Shown: in pieces, positions 17,470 to 25,970 of the stretch
Position numbering within the stretch: the first letter of the stretch is position 1
Layout: every line of letters starts with the position of its first letter
Position numbers and translations under genes: made by a program
From: Abditibacteriaceae bacterium
GTDB lineage: Bacteria > Armatimonadota > Abditibacteriia > Abditibacteriales > Abditibacteriaceae
NCBI GenBank assembly: GCA_031425655.1
Contig: JANPJS010000143.1
Coordinates: 1 to 64,000 of the forward strand
Reading direction: 5' to 3'
Length of the DNA: 64,000 nucleotides
Notes under the pieces: generated by a model
Told to the model about the DNA's origin: nothing
Databases searched by the model: none
The model's input: the letters and a program-made list of their open reading frames with translations, nothing else

Positions 17470-18542
17470 GAGGAATTGCTTTCTGGGACAAGACGGTTCG
17501 CCAGATCAACGGCGCTGGCGGCGTCGCTGGCGCATCCATCGGCGCCCAACTGCCGCCACATTTCCGGCACAACCCGGAAGGGATAGCCACCGACCAAAAT
17601 CTTGACCTCGCCGCAACTTGCATCTGCGCGCACCAGATCAATCAATTCTTTCACCGATTTCAAGTGAGGAATAATAGTGGCTGAAATCGCCAATACGTCG
17701 GCTTTCTGCTCGCGCACCGTTTCCAAAATGCTGGACACCGGCGTGTTGGCACCCAGATAATGGGTATCCCAGCCATTGAGTTCAAACAGGTCGGACACCA
17801 TTCGCACGCCGATTTCATGGAGATCGCCCGCGATGCAGGTCGCTATCATCGTGCGCCCCGTCCGCTCGCCGCTAAAAAGATATGGATAAAGCTGCGACAT
17901 AACGAGTTGCGTGGCGGCAGTGCAGTAATGTTCCTGAGCCACGCTGATCTCATTCATTTGCCACAACCGCCCGATTTCATGTTGGCAGGGTTGAAAGACT
18001 TGAAGATAAACGTCTTGCACCGAAGCGCCACTTTCGACGGCGCCCAGCACCAGGCGACTGGCATTTTGGCGTTCCCCGGCCAGCAATGCCGCTAAATAGT
18101 CGCGCGCCAGTGGAGAAAGCGGCTGGTCTTCAGCAATGAAACTCGGCAGAGTTGCCGGCACAGTCGCCAGCCCGGTCACACCCGCCGCGACGTATTCCAC
18201 CGCGATGTCGGATGCGGGCGCGTCGAGCGATTGCCGGAGCGCATCGGACATGCATTGAAGATTGACTACCAAATCTTCAAGCGGAATATTGCGCCCGGCC
18301 AACATAACTCTGGCCCACGCCAAATAGTCGGCGAAAAGCCTCGGTTCCGCCACAGAGAGCGACTCCGCCAGATAATCCAAGTGATAATCGGCATCGCGCA
18401 GGCATTTGAGGCGGCCCCGTTCGCCGTAGCGCACGGCGAGTTCGGGGTGTCGCGCGTATTGCTGCGTTACCATCGCTTCTGCGATTTGGATACGGTGCAA
18501 ACCAATATCTCGGCTTGCGTCCTGATATATTTGCGTTGCCAT
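17466..18542 (-). CDS. Phycobiliprotein-like globin plus CarH-type cobalamin-binding protein (photocobilin-like)
   Basis: N-terminal HPEL..RYGE....KCLRDADYHL resembles the phycobiliprotein CLRD bilin site. It is followed by W-x9-EH (WQMNEISVAQEH) and D-x-H-x-x-G (GDLHEIG) in a B12 Rossmann domain. Confidence 0.8.
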   Translation of the reverse strand: MATQIYQDASRDIGLHRIQIAEAMVTQQYARHPELAVRYGERGRLKCLRDADYHLDYLAESLSVAEPRLFADYLAWARVMLAGRNIPLEDLVVNLQCMSDALRQSLDAPASDIAVEYVAAGVTGLATVPATLPSFIAEDQPLSPLARDYLAALLAGERQNASRLVLGAVESGASVQDVYLQVFQPCQHEIGRLWQMNEISVAQEHYCTAATQLVMSQLYPYLFSGERTGRTMIATCIAGDLHEIGVRMVSDLFELNGWDTHYLGANTPVSSILETVREQKADVLAISATIIPHLKSVKELIDLVRADASCGEVKILVGGYPFRVVPEMWRQLGADGCASDAASAVDLANRLVPESNSS

Positions 18543-18551
18543 AACGTCTCC

Positions 18552-18953
18552 TTAGCTACAAATGAATTCGAATAAACGGATTTCTGCGCTACGCGGCACG
18601 AGTTTCAGTCCCTTGGGAATGCCTTTGTGCGATTCGTGATATTCGTGGCTGCGATGCCAGACCCGATAGCTTTCTTCATCGGCCCAATAAGTCACCAGCC
18701 AAAGTTCGTCCGGGTTATCGAATGGCACCAGAACCTCCATCTTCACAAAGCCCGGCGCATCATCCACCAGATGCGGGCGATGGCGAAAAGCAGCCTTGAC
18801 CTCTTCCATCATCCCGTTGGCGACGACGAACTTGCTGAGCGCGACAAATTCCGCCGCGCCATGCGGGGAGATTGTTTCCTGTATCGCAGCAGGATTTGAA
18901 GCACTCTCAGCGAACGGACACAGGCTCTGTGCCTTTTTCTGGTTCTGTGTCAT
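18552..18953 (-). CDS. Antibiotic biosynthesis monooxygenase family protein, IsdG/HmoA-like (putative heme binding or degradation)
   Basis: F..R..LVD..PGF, TYW..EE.Y..W..S......H pattern typical of IsdG-like ABM proteins. Confidence 0.8.
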   Translation of the reverse strand: MTQNQKKAQSLCPFAESASNPAAIQETISPHGAAEFVALSKFVVANGMMEEVKAAFRHRPHLVDDAPGFVKMEVLVPFDNPDELWLVTYWADEESYRVWHRSHEYHESHKGIPKGLKLVPRSAEIRLFEFICS

Positions 18954-19057
18954 GCTTCTCCTTTGGAATCATGGCGATGCAGCCACGCTTTTTTCGAGAT
19001 GGACGGTAAGCAGCATCCGGCTCACTTTCTGTGCCATCACGCTGTGAAGCACGCCGG

Positions 19058-20107
19058 TTAGGTGTCGGCAATTACTTCGTTCACCGGGCGGCGCGGCGTG
19101 GCCGGTGCCGGCTCGGCTGTCGGCTCAGAGTAGCCCAAACGGAATATCAGTTGCGGGAAGTTGCGGATGCCGAGTGCATGGCGCAGTTGCACCCAGGCTT
19201 CGTCAACCTGAATCGGTTGGCTAAAGAAACTGGCCGAAACGCCTTCGGCGCGGGCGCGGAGCAAAACGCGGCTTAAAGCTTGTCCCGCCGCAAGCCAGGC
19301 TTCCGGGCCTTCGTTGTCGGTGCAAAGAACCACCAAAAGCGGCGCACTGCGGGCCAGTTTTCCTTCTTTGTCGGCTTGCGCTTCGCCGCTCTCACCGACG
19401 CGCAATGCAAACGGTGCGACGTGCGAGATTAAATCACTGAGGCCCAGAGCGCGGGCTGGAATCCCGTCGTGGCGACGGCTGTGAGCCGGCGCAATCCAGT
19501 CGGCTTTATCGCGCCGCACCGCCGGGTCATTACTTTGAACCAGAGCGCCGAACTCGATCAGGTTGATAATCGCATCGCGGTCAGTCTGGCTTTGTGCGAA
19601 GTGCAGCGATGCCTCTTCCTGCACCGCTTCTTGCTGTAAGGTTTGCAGCAATTCGGCAGCCAATTCACGCGCTTGGAACTGTTGCCGGTTGGTGTGGCGC
19701 TCGGCAATGTAACGAAACAGCAACTCATCGTCCGGCAGAGGTTGATGCGGTCGAGAAAGGTGAACGCGCGCCAGTAAATTGGGCCGCGCCGGGTCGGGCA
19801 GAATCGAGACGATGTTGGCGTAACCGAAGGCGTAAATCGTCAGGCGCAGATGCTGCAGCGCCGCGCCGCAGCTCATAATCAACTCGCGCCCACTGGCATC
19901 AAGGGCGGGCATTTCACGGCTGCGGTCAGCCCACAGTTCGATCTCACTGCCGTTGATTTCCCACAGCCACGGCTGCGTGTTGTGGCTCGAAGGCGCCAAA
20001 ACGGCATAGTTCAGCACGAAACGCAGCTTTTCCTCCGGCTCGCCGGAGTGCGGAAAATCCGCCGCATTGACTGTGCTTGCGTTCGGTTCTACGATAGGTT
20101 TCAACAT
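19058..20107 (-). CDS. Acg-family nitroreductase (FMN-binding)
   Basis: Motifs APSSHNTQPW, MSCGAAL, RHTNR, WLAAGQAL and PQLIFRLGY. Confidence 0.9.
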   Translation of the reverse strand: MLKPIVEPNASTVNAADFPHSGEPEEKLRFVLNYAVLAPSSHNTQPWLWEINGSEIELWADRSREMPALDASGRELIMSCGAALQHLRLTIYAFGYANIVSILPDPARPNLLARVHLSRPHQPLPDDELLFRYIAERHTNRQQFQARELAAELLQTLQQEAVQEEASLHFAQSQTDRDAIINLIEFGALVQSNDPAVRRDKADWIAPAHSRRHDGIPARALGLSDLISHVAPFALRVGESGEAQADKEGKLARSAPLLVVLCTDNEGPEAWLAAGQALSRVLLRARAEGVSASFFSQPIQVDEAWVQLRHALGIRNFPQLIFRLGYSEPTAEPAPATPRRPVNEVIADT

Positions 20108-20622
20108 GGCACGAAACTCCCTTGAGCCTTTTCCAGGTTCAGACCAGCAGGCGCGGCTTCGGCCACTGCCGGCGCCGCATGAACGGTGAGAACAGGGCAA
20201 CGCGACTGACGCACGATGGCTTCAGCTACGGAGCCAAAAACAAGGTGTCGCCAACCGCTCAGGCCGTGCGTGGCAATCACCAGCAGATCGAAATTTCCAT
20301 CGGTGGCGGCGCAGGCGATTTCTTTGTCGGCGTAGCCCATTTTGACTTCGCAGCGCACCTTGATGGCAGGTGGCACGCGCTCGGCGGCGACTTCGAGCAG
20401 CCGGCGCGTCGCGTCGTCCAATCGCTGGGCGTCGGACGGCCTATCAGCTACGACTAAGATTCCCAGACCAAGATCGGGCGGCGACGCGGGCAGAAACGGC
20501 ACGATGTGCAGCAGGCACAGCTCAGCCTCGAAATGCGCCGCCAGTTCAATCGCGTGATCCAACGCGGCATAAGACGGTTCGCTGAAATCCGTCGGGCACA
20601 AAATCTTCTTCAATGGTAACAT
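20101..20622 (-). CDS. Universal stress protein (single domain)
   Basis: Motifs ILCPTDFS, ATHGLSG and FGSVAE...CPVLTV. Confidence 0.92.
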   Translation of the reverse strand: MLPLKKILCPTDFSEPSYAALDHAIELAAHFEAELCLLHIVPFLPASPPDLGLGILVVADRPSDAQRLDDATRRLLEVAAERVPPAIKVRCEVKMGYADKEIACAATDGNFDLLVIATHGLSGWRHLVFGSVAEAIVRQSRCPVLTVHAAPAVAEAAPAGLNLEKAQGSFVPC

Positions 20623-20692
20623 GAGGGTTCACCTGTTGAGCGGTTTGAATCTTCCGTTCACCAAGCATTATCACAAGTCCAAGAGCGGCGAA

Positions 20693-20800
20693 CATCACCT
20701 AAATGGGTGATTGTCGGAAAAACAAGGTTTTCACGTTTTCGGATGTAATGGCCTGACCGCGTTTGACAATCACCCATGACAATCACCCATTTAGGTGATG
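20693..20800. mobile_element. Short MITE-like element in a divergent usp promoter region
   Basis: Perfect 23-bp inverted repeats CATCACCTAAATGGGTGATTGTC at 20693-20715 and 20778-20800, plus a tandem GACAATCACCCAT. Confidence 0.6.
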
Positions 20801-20857
20801 CCGGAGGCTGGCCGCGCCGCGATAATGAAAGGTAATGTCGCCGTCGAGGAACCACTC

Positions 20858-21799
20858 ATGCCGAAATTAAAAACAATTCTGTGTCCCACCGATTGGAGCG
20901 AGCCGTCGCGCGTCGCTTTGCGGGCCGCCGTGAAGATGGCGCGCCACGAGGGAGCCGAACTGCTATTGCTCCATGTCCTGCCGCCTCTTGGGTCGGTGCG
21001 CGGCCTCGCTTCGGTCGTTCCATTGGAGCAGGTCATTCAAGACGAGGCGCGCCAAAAACTTGATGCGCTGATTAAAGAGTGCGTGCCGCCGGGCGTGCGA
21101 GTGCAGCCCCTGATTCGCATCGGCGAAGAGGCTGAGGAAATCCACAGCGCCGCTTTGCAAGCCGATGTCGTGGTGATGAGCACGCATGGCCGCTCCGGTT
21201 TGGCGCGCTGGGCTTTCGGCTCGGTCGCCGAAACTGTGCTGCGCGAATCAACGTGCCCGATATTTGTCGTCGGCCCGGCGGGTGCAACCGGTGCTAAAAG
21301 CGAGGCGGGGCAGAATGGACGAAGTTCCTGCTTCGATTTTCCCTACAAGCAAGTGCTGTGGCCGACCGACTGGAGCGAATCCTCCGAGCAGGCGCTCGAT
21401 GAAGCGATTGCCATTGCCGCGCATCACGGCGCGCAGTTGCTGTTGTTGCACGTCACCGAGCCGCTGGATTTAGAACCAAAGGAGTGGTGGCGTGAGCAGC
21501 ACGCCGAGGCTCAGAAGCATTTCCACGCATTGTGCGAGCGCAAGCCGGGAGCGCAGGGCGCGCGCCACCTGATTTGTCACGGTGTCCCGGCGACGGAAAT
21601 CCTTCGCGCTGCCGTCGCGGAAGGCGCCGATTTAATCGTCATGAGTAGTCATGGGCGCACGGGTTGGCAGCGTTGGGATCTCGGCCCGGTGGCGCAAAAA
21701 GTGCTGCGTGGGGTGCCCTGCCCGGTTTTTCTTGTGCCTCCTCACGCCGTCATGTCGTCGCTCGCGGCATCGCACGAGGAAACCGTTGTCACAATCTGA
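20858..21799 (+). CDS. Tandem-domain universal stress protein
   Basis: Two Usp domains (PTDWS...STHGRSG and PTDWS...SSHGRTG). RBS GAGGA. Confidence 0.92.
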   Translation: MPKLKTILCPTDWSEPSRVALRAAVKMARHEGAELLLLHVLPPLGSVRGLASVVPLEQVIQDEARQKLDALIKECVPPGVRVQPLIRIGEEAEEIHSAALQADVVVMSTHGRSGLARWAFGSVAETVLRESTCPIFVVGPAGATGAKSEAGQNGRSSCFDFPYKQVLWPTDWSESSEQALDEAIAIAAHHGAQLLLLHVTEPLDLEPKEWWREQHAEAQKHFHALCERKPGAQGARHLICHGVPATEILRAAVAEGADLIVMSSHGRTGWQRWDLGPVAQKVLRGVPCPVFLVPPHAVMSSLAASHEETVVTI

Positions 21800-21830
21800 A
21801 GTCGGCCCATTTCACGCGAGGAGTATGGTT

Positions 21831-22877
21831 ATGAAAGACAAACTTATAAAACTGCTGGTTGCCTACGACGGCTCGACAGGTGCGGACGCCGCGTTGGACG
21901 ATCTTCGGCACGCCGGATTGCCCCATGAAGCGCAGGTTGAAGTTCTGGTTATCTCGGTTGCCGATGTGCTGGTGCCGCCGTCCGGTGGGTTGGCCTCTGC
22001 TCCGATTCCTGAATCCGCCGATTATGCGTATTCGCCGCAGGTTGCAGGTGTAGCGGCACTTGCCCGGCACCATCGTGACAGCGCAATGCAGGCTGTGAAG
22101 GCAATGCAAGAGGTAGCCGAAAAAGGACGCCGGCGATTGAGCGCGCTATTTCCCAATTGGGAAGTGCGCGGCGAATCCTGCGCCGATTCTCCGGCGTGGG
22201 GCGTGCTGAAAAAAGCCGACGAATGGCAGCCCAATTTGATTGTCGTGGGCGCCAACAGCCATTCCATGCCGGAAAAGCTGATATTCGGCAGCATCGCCCA
22301 AAAGGTTGTCACCAAAGCGAAGGGCAGCGTGCGCGTTGGGCGCGCTGGTGACAAAGAAGCGGGCGCTCCACTGCGCCTCATCATGGGCATGGACGGTTCG
22401 CCGGACGCGCAGGCAGCCCTCGATGCCCTGTGCGCGCGTTCCTTCCCGCTGGGCAGTGAAGTGCGTGTAGTGACGGTTCTCGACTCGCGCATGGCCAGGA
22501 GCATCGCCACGATGCTGCCGGCTTTGTCCCGCTGGGTCGGCGAAGGCGGTCAGAACGGAGAAGCCAATAGCGAAGATGAGTTCGCCTGGGTTTCCAACAT
22601 GGTCGAAGAGGCTGTCGAACAATTGCGCGCTTCGGGGTTGGCTGCGACCGGAATAGTGCGCGAAGGCGACTCAAAACACGTTCTTCTCGATAAGGCGGAA
22701 CAATGGAAGGCCGATTGCATTTTTATCGGCGCCAAAGGCTTGGTCGGTTCGAGCGGATTGCAGAATCTCGAACGCTTTTTCTTAGGCACGACGGCAACCG
22801 TCGTCGCGTCGCGCGCTGCTTGCTCGGTCGAGGTCATTCGCACGCTATTTCTCGCGCCGCAAGCCGACAACTCGTGA
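21831..22877 (+). CDS. Tandem-domain universal stress protein
   Basis: VAYDGS...FGSIA and MDGSPDA...LGTTA...CSVEVIR. RBS GAGGAG. Confidence 0.9.
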   Translation: MKDKLIKLLVAYDGSTGADAALDDLRHAGLPHEAQVEVLVISVADVLVPPSGGLASAPIPESADYAYSPQVAGVAALARHHRDSAMQAVKAMQEVAEKGRRRLSALFPNWEVRGESCADSPAWGVLKKADEWQPNLIVVGANSHSMPEKLIFGSIAQKVVTKAKGSVRVGRAGDKEAGAPLRLIMGMDGSPDAQAALDALCARSFPLGSEVRVVTVLDSRMARSIATMLPALSRWVGEGGQNGEANSEDEFAWVSNMVEEAVEQLRASGLAATGIVREGDSKHVLLDKAEQWKADCIFIGAKGLVGSSGLQNLERFFLGTTATVVASRAACSVEVIRTLFLAPQADNS

Positions 22878-22891
22878 AAAGTGGGACAGCA

Positions 22892-23500
22892 ATGAAGCGT
22901 CTGGAGCAATTGTTCGAGAATGCAATGTGGAACAGCCGGCGCATGGTGCTGTTGGCGGTGGTGTCGAGTCTGCTGCTGGCGTTCGGCGCCTTCTGCATGG
23001 CCACCATAGATGTAATCCAAGTATTGGGGCAAGTCTTCTCTTACCTTAACCTCAATTTGGTTGGCGACGCACGTCTTACCATGCGCGAGGAAATCATTAC
23101 GGTCATCGTCAAGGCCATAGACACCTATCTTATTGCCTCGATTCTGCTGATTTTCGGACTGGGTTTCTATGAATTGTTTATCAAGCGCATCGAAAAAGCG
23201 CACGAAACCGATGCCGCGCCGAGCCTGCTGTCGGTGCACTCCTTCGACGATCTCAAAGACCGCATGGCGAAGCTGATTTTGCTGGTGCTCATCACCGAAT
23301 ACTTTCAGTATGCAATTAAGCTGAAGTTCACTAAAGCGCTGGATTTGCTGTATCTGGCGCTGGGCATTTTGCTCATCGGCGGCGCGCTCTATCTCAGCAG
23401 CTACACCAAAATCAAAGACGACACGACGAAGGGCGACACCAACGATGATAGCCCTGATTCGCGCGAGGTCGCCGCGCAGAAATTAAAAGGAAGTGCTTGA
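22892..23500 (+). CDS. YqhA/UPF0114 family membrane protein
   Basis: Motifs WNSR, D.YLIA..LLIFG.G.YELFI and SFDDLK. Confidence 0.85.
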   Translation: MKRLEQLFENAMWNSRRMVLLAVVSSLLLAFGAFCMATIDVIQVLGQVFSYLNLNLVGDARLTMREEIITVIVKAIDTYLIASILLIFGLGFYELFIKRIEKAHETDAAPSLLSVHSFDDLKDRMAKLILLVLITEYFQYAIKLKFTKALDLLYLALGILLIGGALYLSSYTKIKDDTTKGDTNDDSPDSREVAAQKLKGSA

Positions 23501-23501
23501 A

Positions 23502-24461
23502 ATGTTACCTTTGCAACGAATTTTGTGTCCGACTGACTTCAGCGACTTTTCGTATGGAGCGATAGAAAAAGGCGCCGAGTTGGCCAAGCATTTTGGAGCC
23601 GAACTTTGCGTGCTGCACGTCACGCCGACGCTACAACACACGCCCGGATTGACGCCCTTCCCGGAATTCGCCGGCGTTGACCCTTCGCAATGGGAAACCG
23701 CCACACAAGAGGGCGCAGAGCGTGAACTGGGCGAACTCGTCGAGCGACATCACTTGAATGGCGTCCGAGTGCGCGCTCTGGTCAGGCGCGGCGATCCTGC
23801 CGATGAAATCGTGAGTGCCGCCGATGAAGAAAAGTGTGACCTCATCATTCTTCCCACGCACGGCTTGACCGGTTGGCGCCACAATATCTTCGGTTCGGTC
23901 GCCGAAAAAGTCCTGCGTGTGGCCCATTGCCCGGTTCTGGTCAGGCGCGTCCAGGCGGCGGAAGCAGTGGGAGCCGTAACTCCGCCGCGCAAGATTTTAT
24001 GCTCGACCGATTTCAGCGAGCCGTCCTTTGCGGCGTTGCAAGTCGCGGGCGAATGGGCAACCCACTTCGGCGCCGAGCTTTGCCTGATTCATGTCGTAGA
24101 GCCGCAGGGCAGTCCCGGTTTGTTTTTGTGGAAAGAAGACATCGAAGCAGCGATGCGAATCGAGGCGGTGCAGCAGCTTGACACCATTCTGCGCGAACGC
24201 CTGCCGCAACTCGCTTCGGCGCGCTCGATTGTGAGAATGGGCAGCGCCGCCGATGAAATCGCCGCTGCCGTCGCCGAGGAAAACGCCGATCTTCTCATCA
24301 TCGCCACGCACGGCGCGAGCGGTTGGCGGGGTGCTCTATCCGGCACCCCAATTGAGCATTTGCTGTTCGGCTCCGTGACGACCAATGCGCTGCGCCTGAC
24401 ATCGTGCCCCATTCTCACGGTGCGGCTGCCACCCGAATCCGGCGTTTTCGAGGTAGCATAA
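23502..24461 (+). CDS. Tandem-domain universal stress protein
   Basis: ILCPTDFS...THGLTGW...FGSVAE and ILCSTDFS...FGSVT...CPILTV. Similar to the Usp at 20101-20622. Confidence 0.92.
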   Translation: MLPLQRILCPTDFSDFSYGAIEKGAELAKHFGAELCVLHVTPTLQHTPGLTPFPEFAGVDPSQWETATQEGAERELGELVERHHLNGVRVRALVRRGDPADEIVSAADEEKCDLIILPTHGLTGWRHNIFGSVAEKVLRVAHCPVLVRRVQAAEAVGAVTPPRKILCSTDFSEPSFAALQVAGEWATHFGAELCLIHVVEPQGSPGLFLWKEDIEAAMRIEAVQQLDTILRERLPQLASARSIVRMGSAADEIAAAVAEENADLLIIATHGASGWRGALSGTPIEHLLFGSVTTNALRLTSCPILTVRLPPESGVFEVA

Positions 24462-24599
24462 ATGCCATCGGGGCGTCGGATTGCCCCGGCGCATGGAATC
24501 AAGTTACGGAACCCAAGTTGCCACCGACTCGGTATTTTTGGAGTGGCCTTTTTGGAGTGCGCGAACTGGTTCGCGCTTTTCAAGCCGACTTGTCGGCGT

Positions 24600-24955
24600 T
24601 ATAGCGGTTACGAATGAAGTGTTCCAAGCGGGGCTAACGCCCTCTTCCAATCGAGGCTTGGGTATTCCCGATTGGAAGAGGGCGTCAGCCCAATGGCATT
24701 AAGTTAAGCAATTGCGAAACGTAGCTTCCCTCCCTCCGGGAGGGATTGAGGGAGGGCAAGACGGCGGCTTTGCCGCCGTCAACCCCCACCTAACCTCCCC
24801 CAAAGGGGGAGGAATTATGCTTCGGAACGCCTTAACTTAATGCCATTGGGCTGACGCCCTCTTCCAATCGGGTTTGATTATCAAGATTGGAAGAGGGCGT
24901 CAGCCCCGCTAAAACAGTAACTGTCAAGTGGAACACCTCAATCGGAATCGCTATA
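24600..24955. mobile_element. Nested composite MITE/REP element
   Basis: Outer imperfect TIRs TATAGCGGTTACGAATGAAGTGTTCCA / TGGAACACCTCAATCGGAATCGCTATA; four alternating GGCT(A/G)ACGCCCTCTTCCAATC arms; inner 18-bp TIR CAATGGCATTAAGTTAAG element at 24691-24848. Confidence 0.8.
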
Positions 24956-25019
24956 AGTCCGGCGCGGATTTTACCTGTTATAGTCGCCTGCTACCGCACA
25001 TCGCCCGGCGAATTGATCC

Positions 25020-25970
25020 ATGAACGAAGACATGAACACGTCGTGCGTGACCGTCATTCTCAATCCCGCTGCTGGGCGCGGACAAGGAAAACAGCGCCGC
25101 GCCGCATTGGAATCGCTGCTGGCGGCTTCGGGCGTGCTGTGCGAACTTCTCGAAACGCGCGCCGCAGGCGACGCCACGCGATTGGCGGCCCAAGCGGCGG
25201 CTGAAGGCGCCAATATCGTCGCTGCGGCGGGCGGCGACGGCACGCTCAGCGAAGTGCTAAACGGCTTGGCTGCCGGCGGATTTACGGCCCGATTGGGCAT
25301 TTTGCCGCTGGGAACGGGCAACGATTTCGCGCGCTGCATCGGCGTTGGCACCGATCTCAAAGCGGCGGTTGACACGCTGTTTCACGGCACGCCGCGCGCG
25401 ATAGATGTCGGGCAGGTGCGCTTTGGCGACCACGCGCCGCGCTATTTTCTCAACGTGTCGGGATGCGGCTTCGATGCTCTGGCGGCGCAGCGCGTCAATG
25501 AGAACCGCGACCGTCGCGGCTGGCGCCACATTCGCGGAATGCCGGCTTATTTGTGCGCGGTCTTGCAAGAATTGGCCACGCTGCGCGCCGCGTCGTTGCG
25601 CCTCGAAGCCGACGGACAGGTTTTCGAGCAGCGTGCCATGTTATGCGCCATCGCCAACGCGACCAGTTACGGCGGCGGAATGCGCGTTGCGCCGGACGCG
25701 CTGCTTGACGATGGACTTTTCGACATTTGCACCATCGCCGAGGCCGGACGCTGGGAATTTCTGCGCGCATTCCCCGGCGTTTTCAAAGGCACGCACGTTT
25801 CTCATCCGAAAGTGACGATGCGCCGCGCGCGAGAAATTTATCTATCAAGCGAGCCGCCGCTGCCGGTTTTAGTGGACGGCGATGTGCTTGGCACCACGCC
25901 GGTGCGTTTCAGCATTTTGCCGTGCGCTCTTGAGATTATGGCGCCGCGCAAGTCTTCGGTGAGAAATTGA
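25020..25970 (+). CDS. Diacylglycerol/lipid kinase family protein (YegS/BmrU-like)
   Basis: Motifs NPAAG, GGDGT, PLGTGNDF, GFDA, YGGG and VDGD. Confidence 0.92.
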   Translation: MNEDMNTSCVTVILNPAAGRGQGKQRRAALESLLAASGVLCELLETRAAGDATRLAAQAAAEGANIVAAAGGDGTLSEVLNGLAAGGFTARLGILPLGTGNDFARCIGVGTDLKAAVDTLFHGTPRAIDVGQVRFGDHAPRYFLNVSGCGFDALAAQRVNENRDRRGWRHIRGMPAYLCAVLQELATLRAASLRLEADGQVFEQRAMLCAIANATSYGGGMRVAPDALLDDGLFDICTIAEAGRWEFLRAFPGVFKGTHVSHPKVTMRRAREIYLSSEPPLPVLVDGDVLGTTPVRFSILPCALEIMAPRKSSVRN

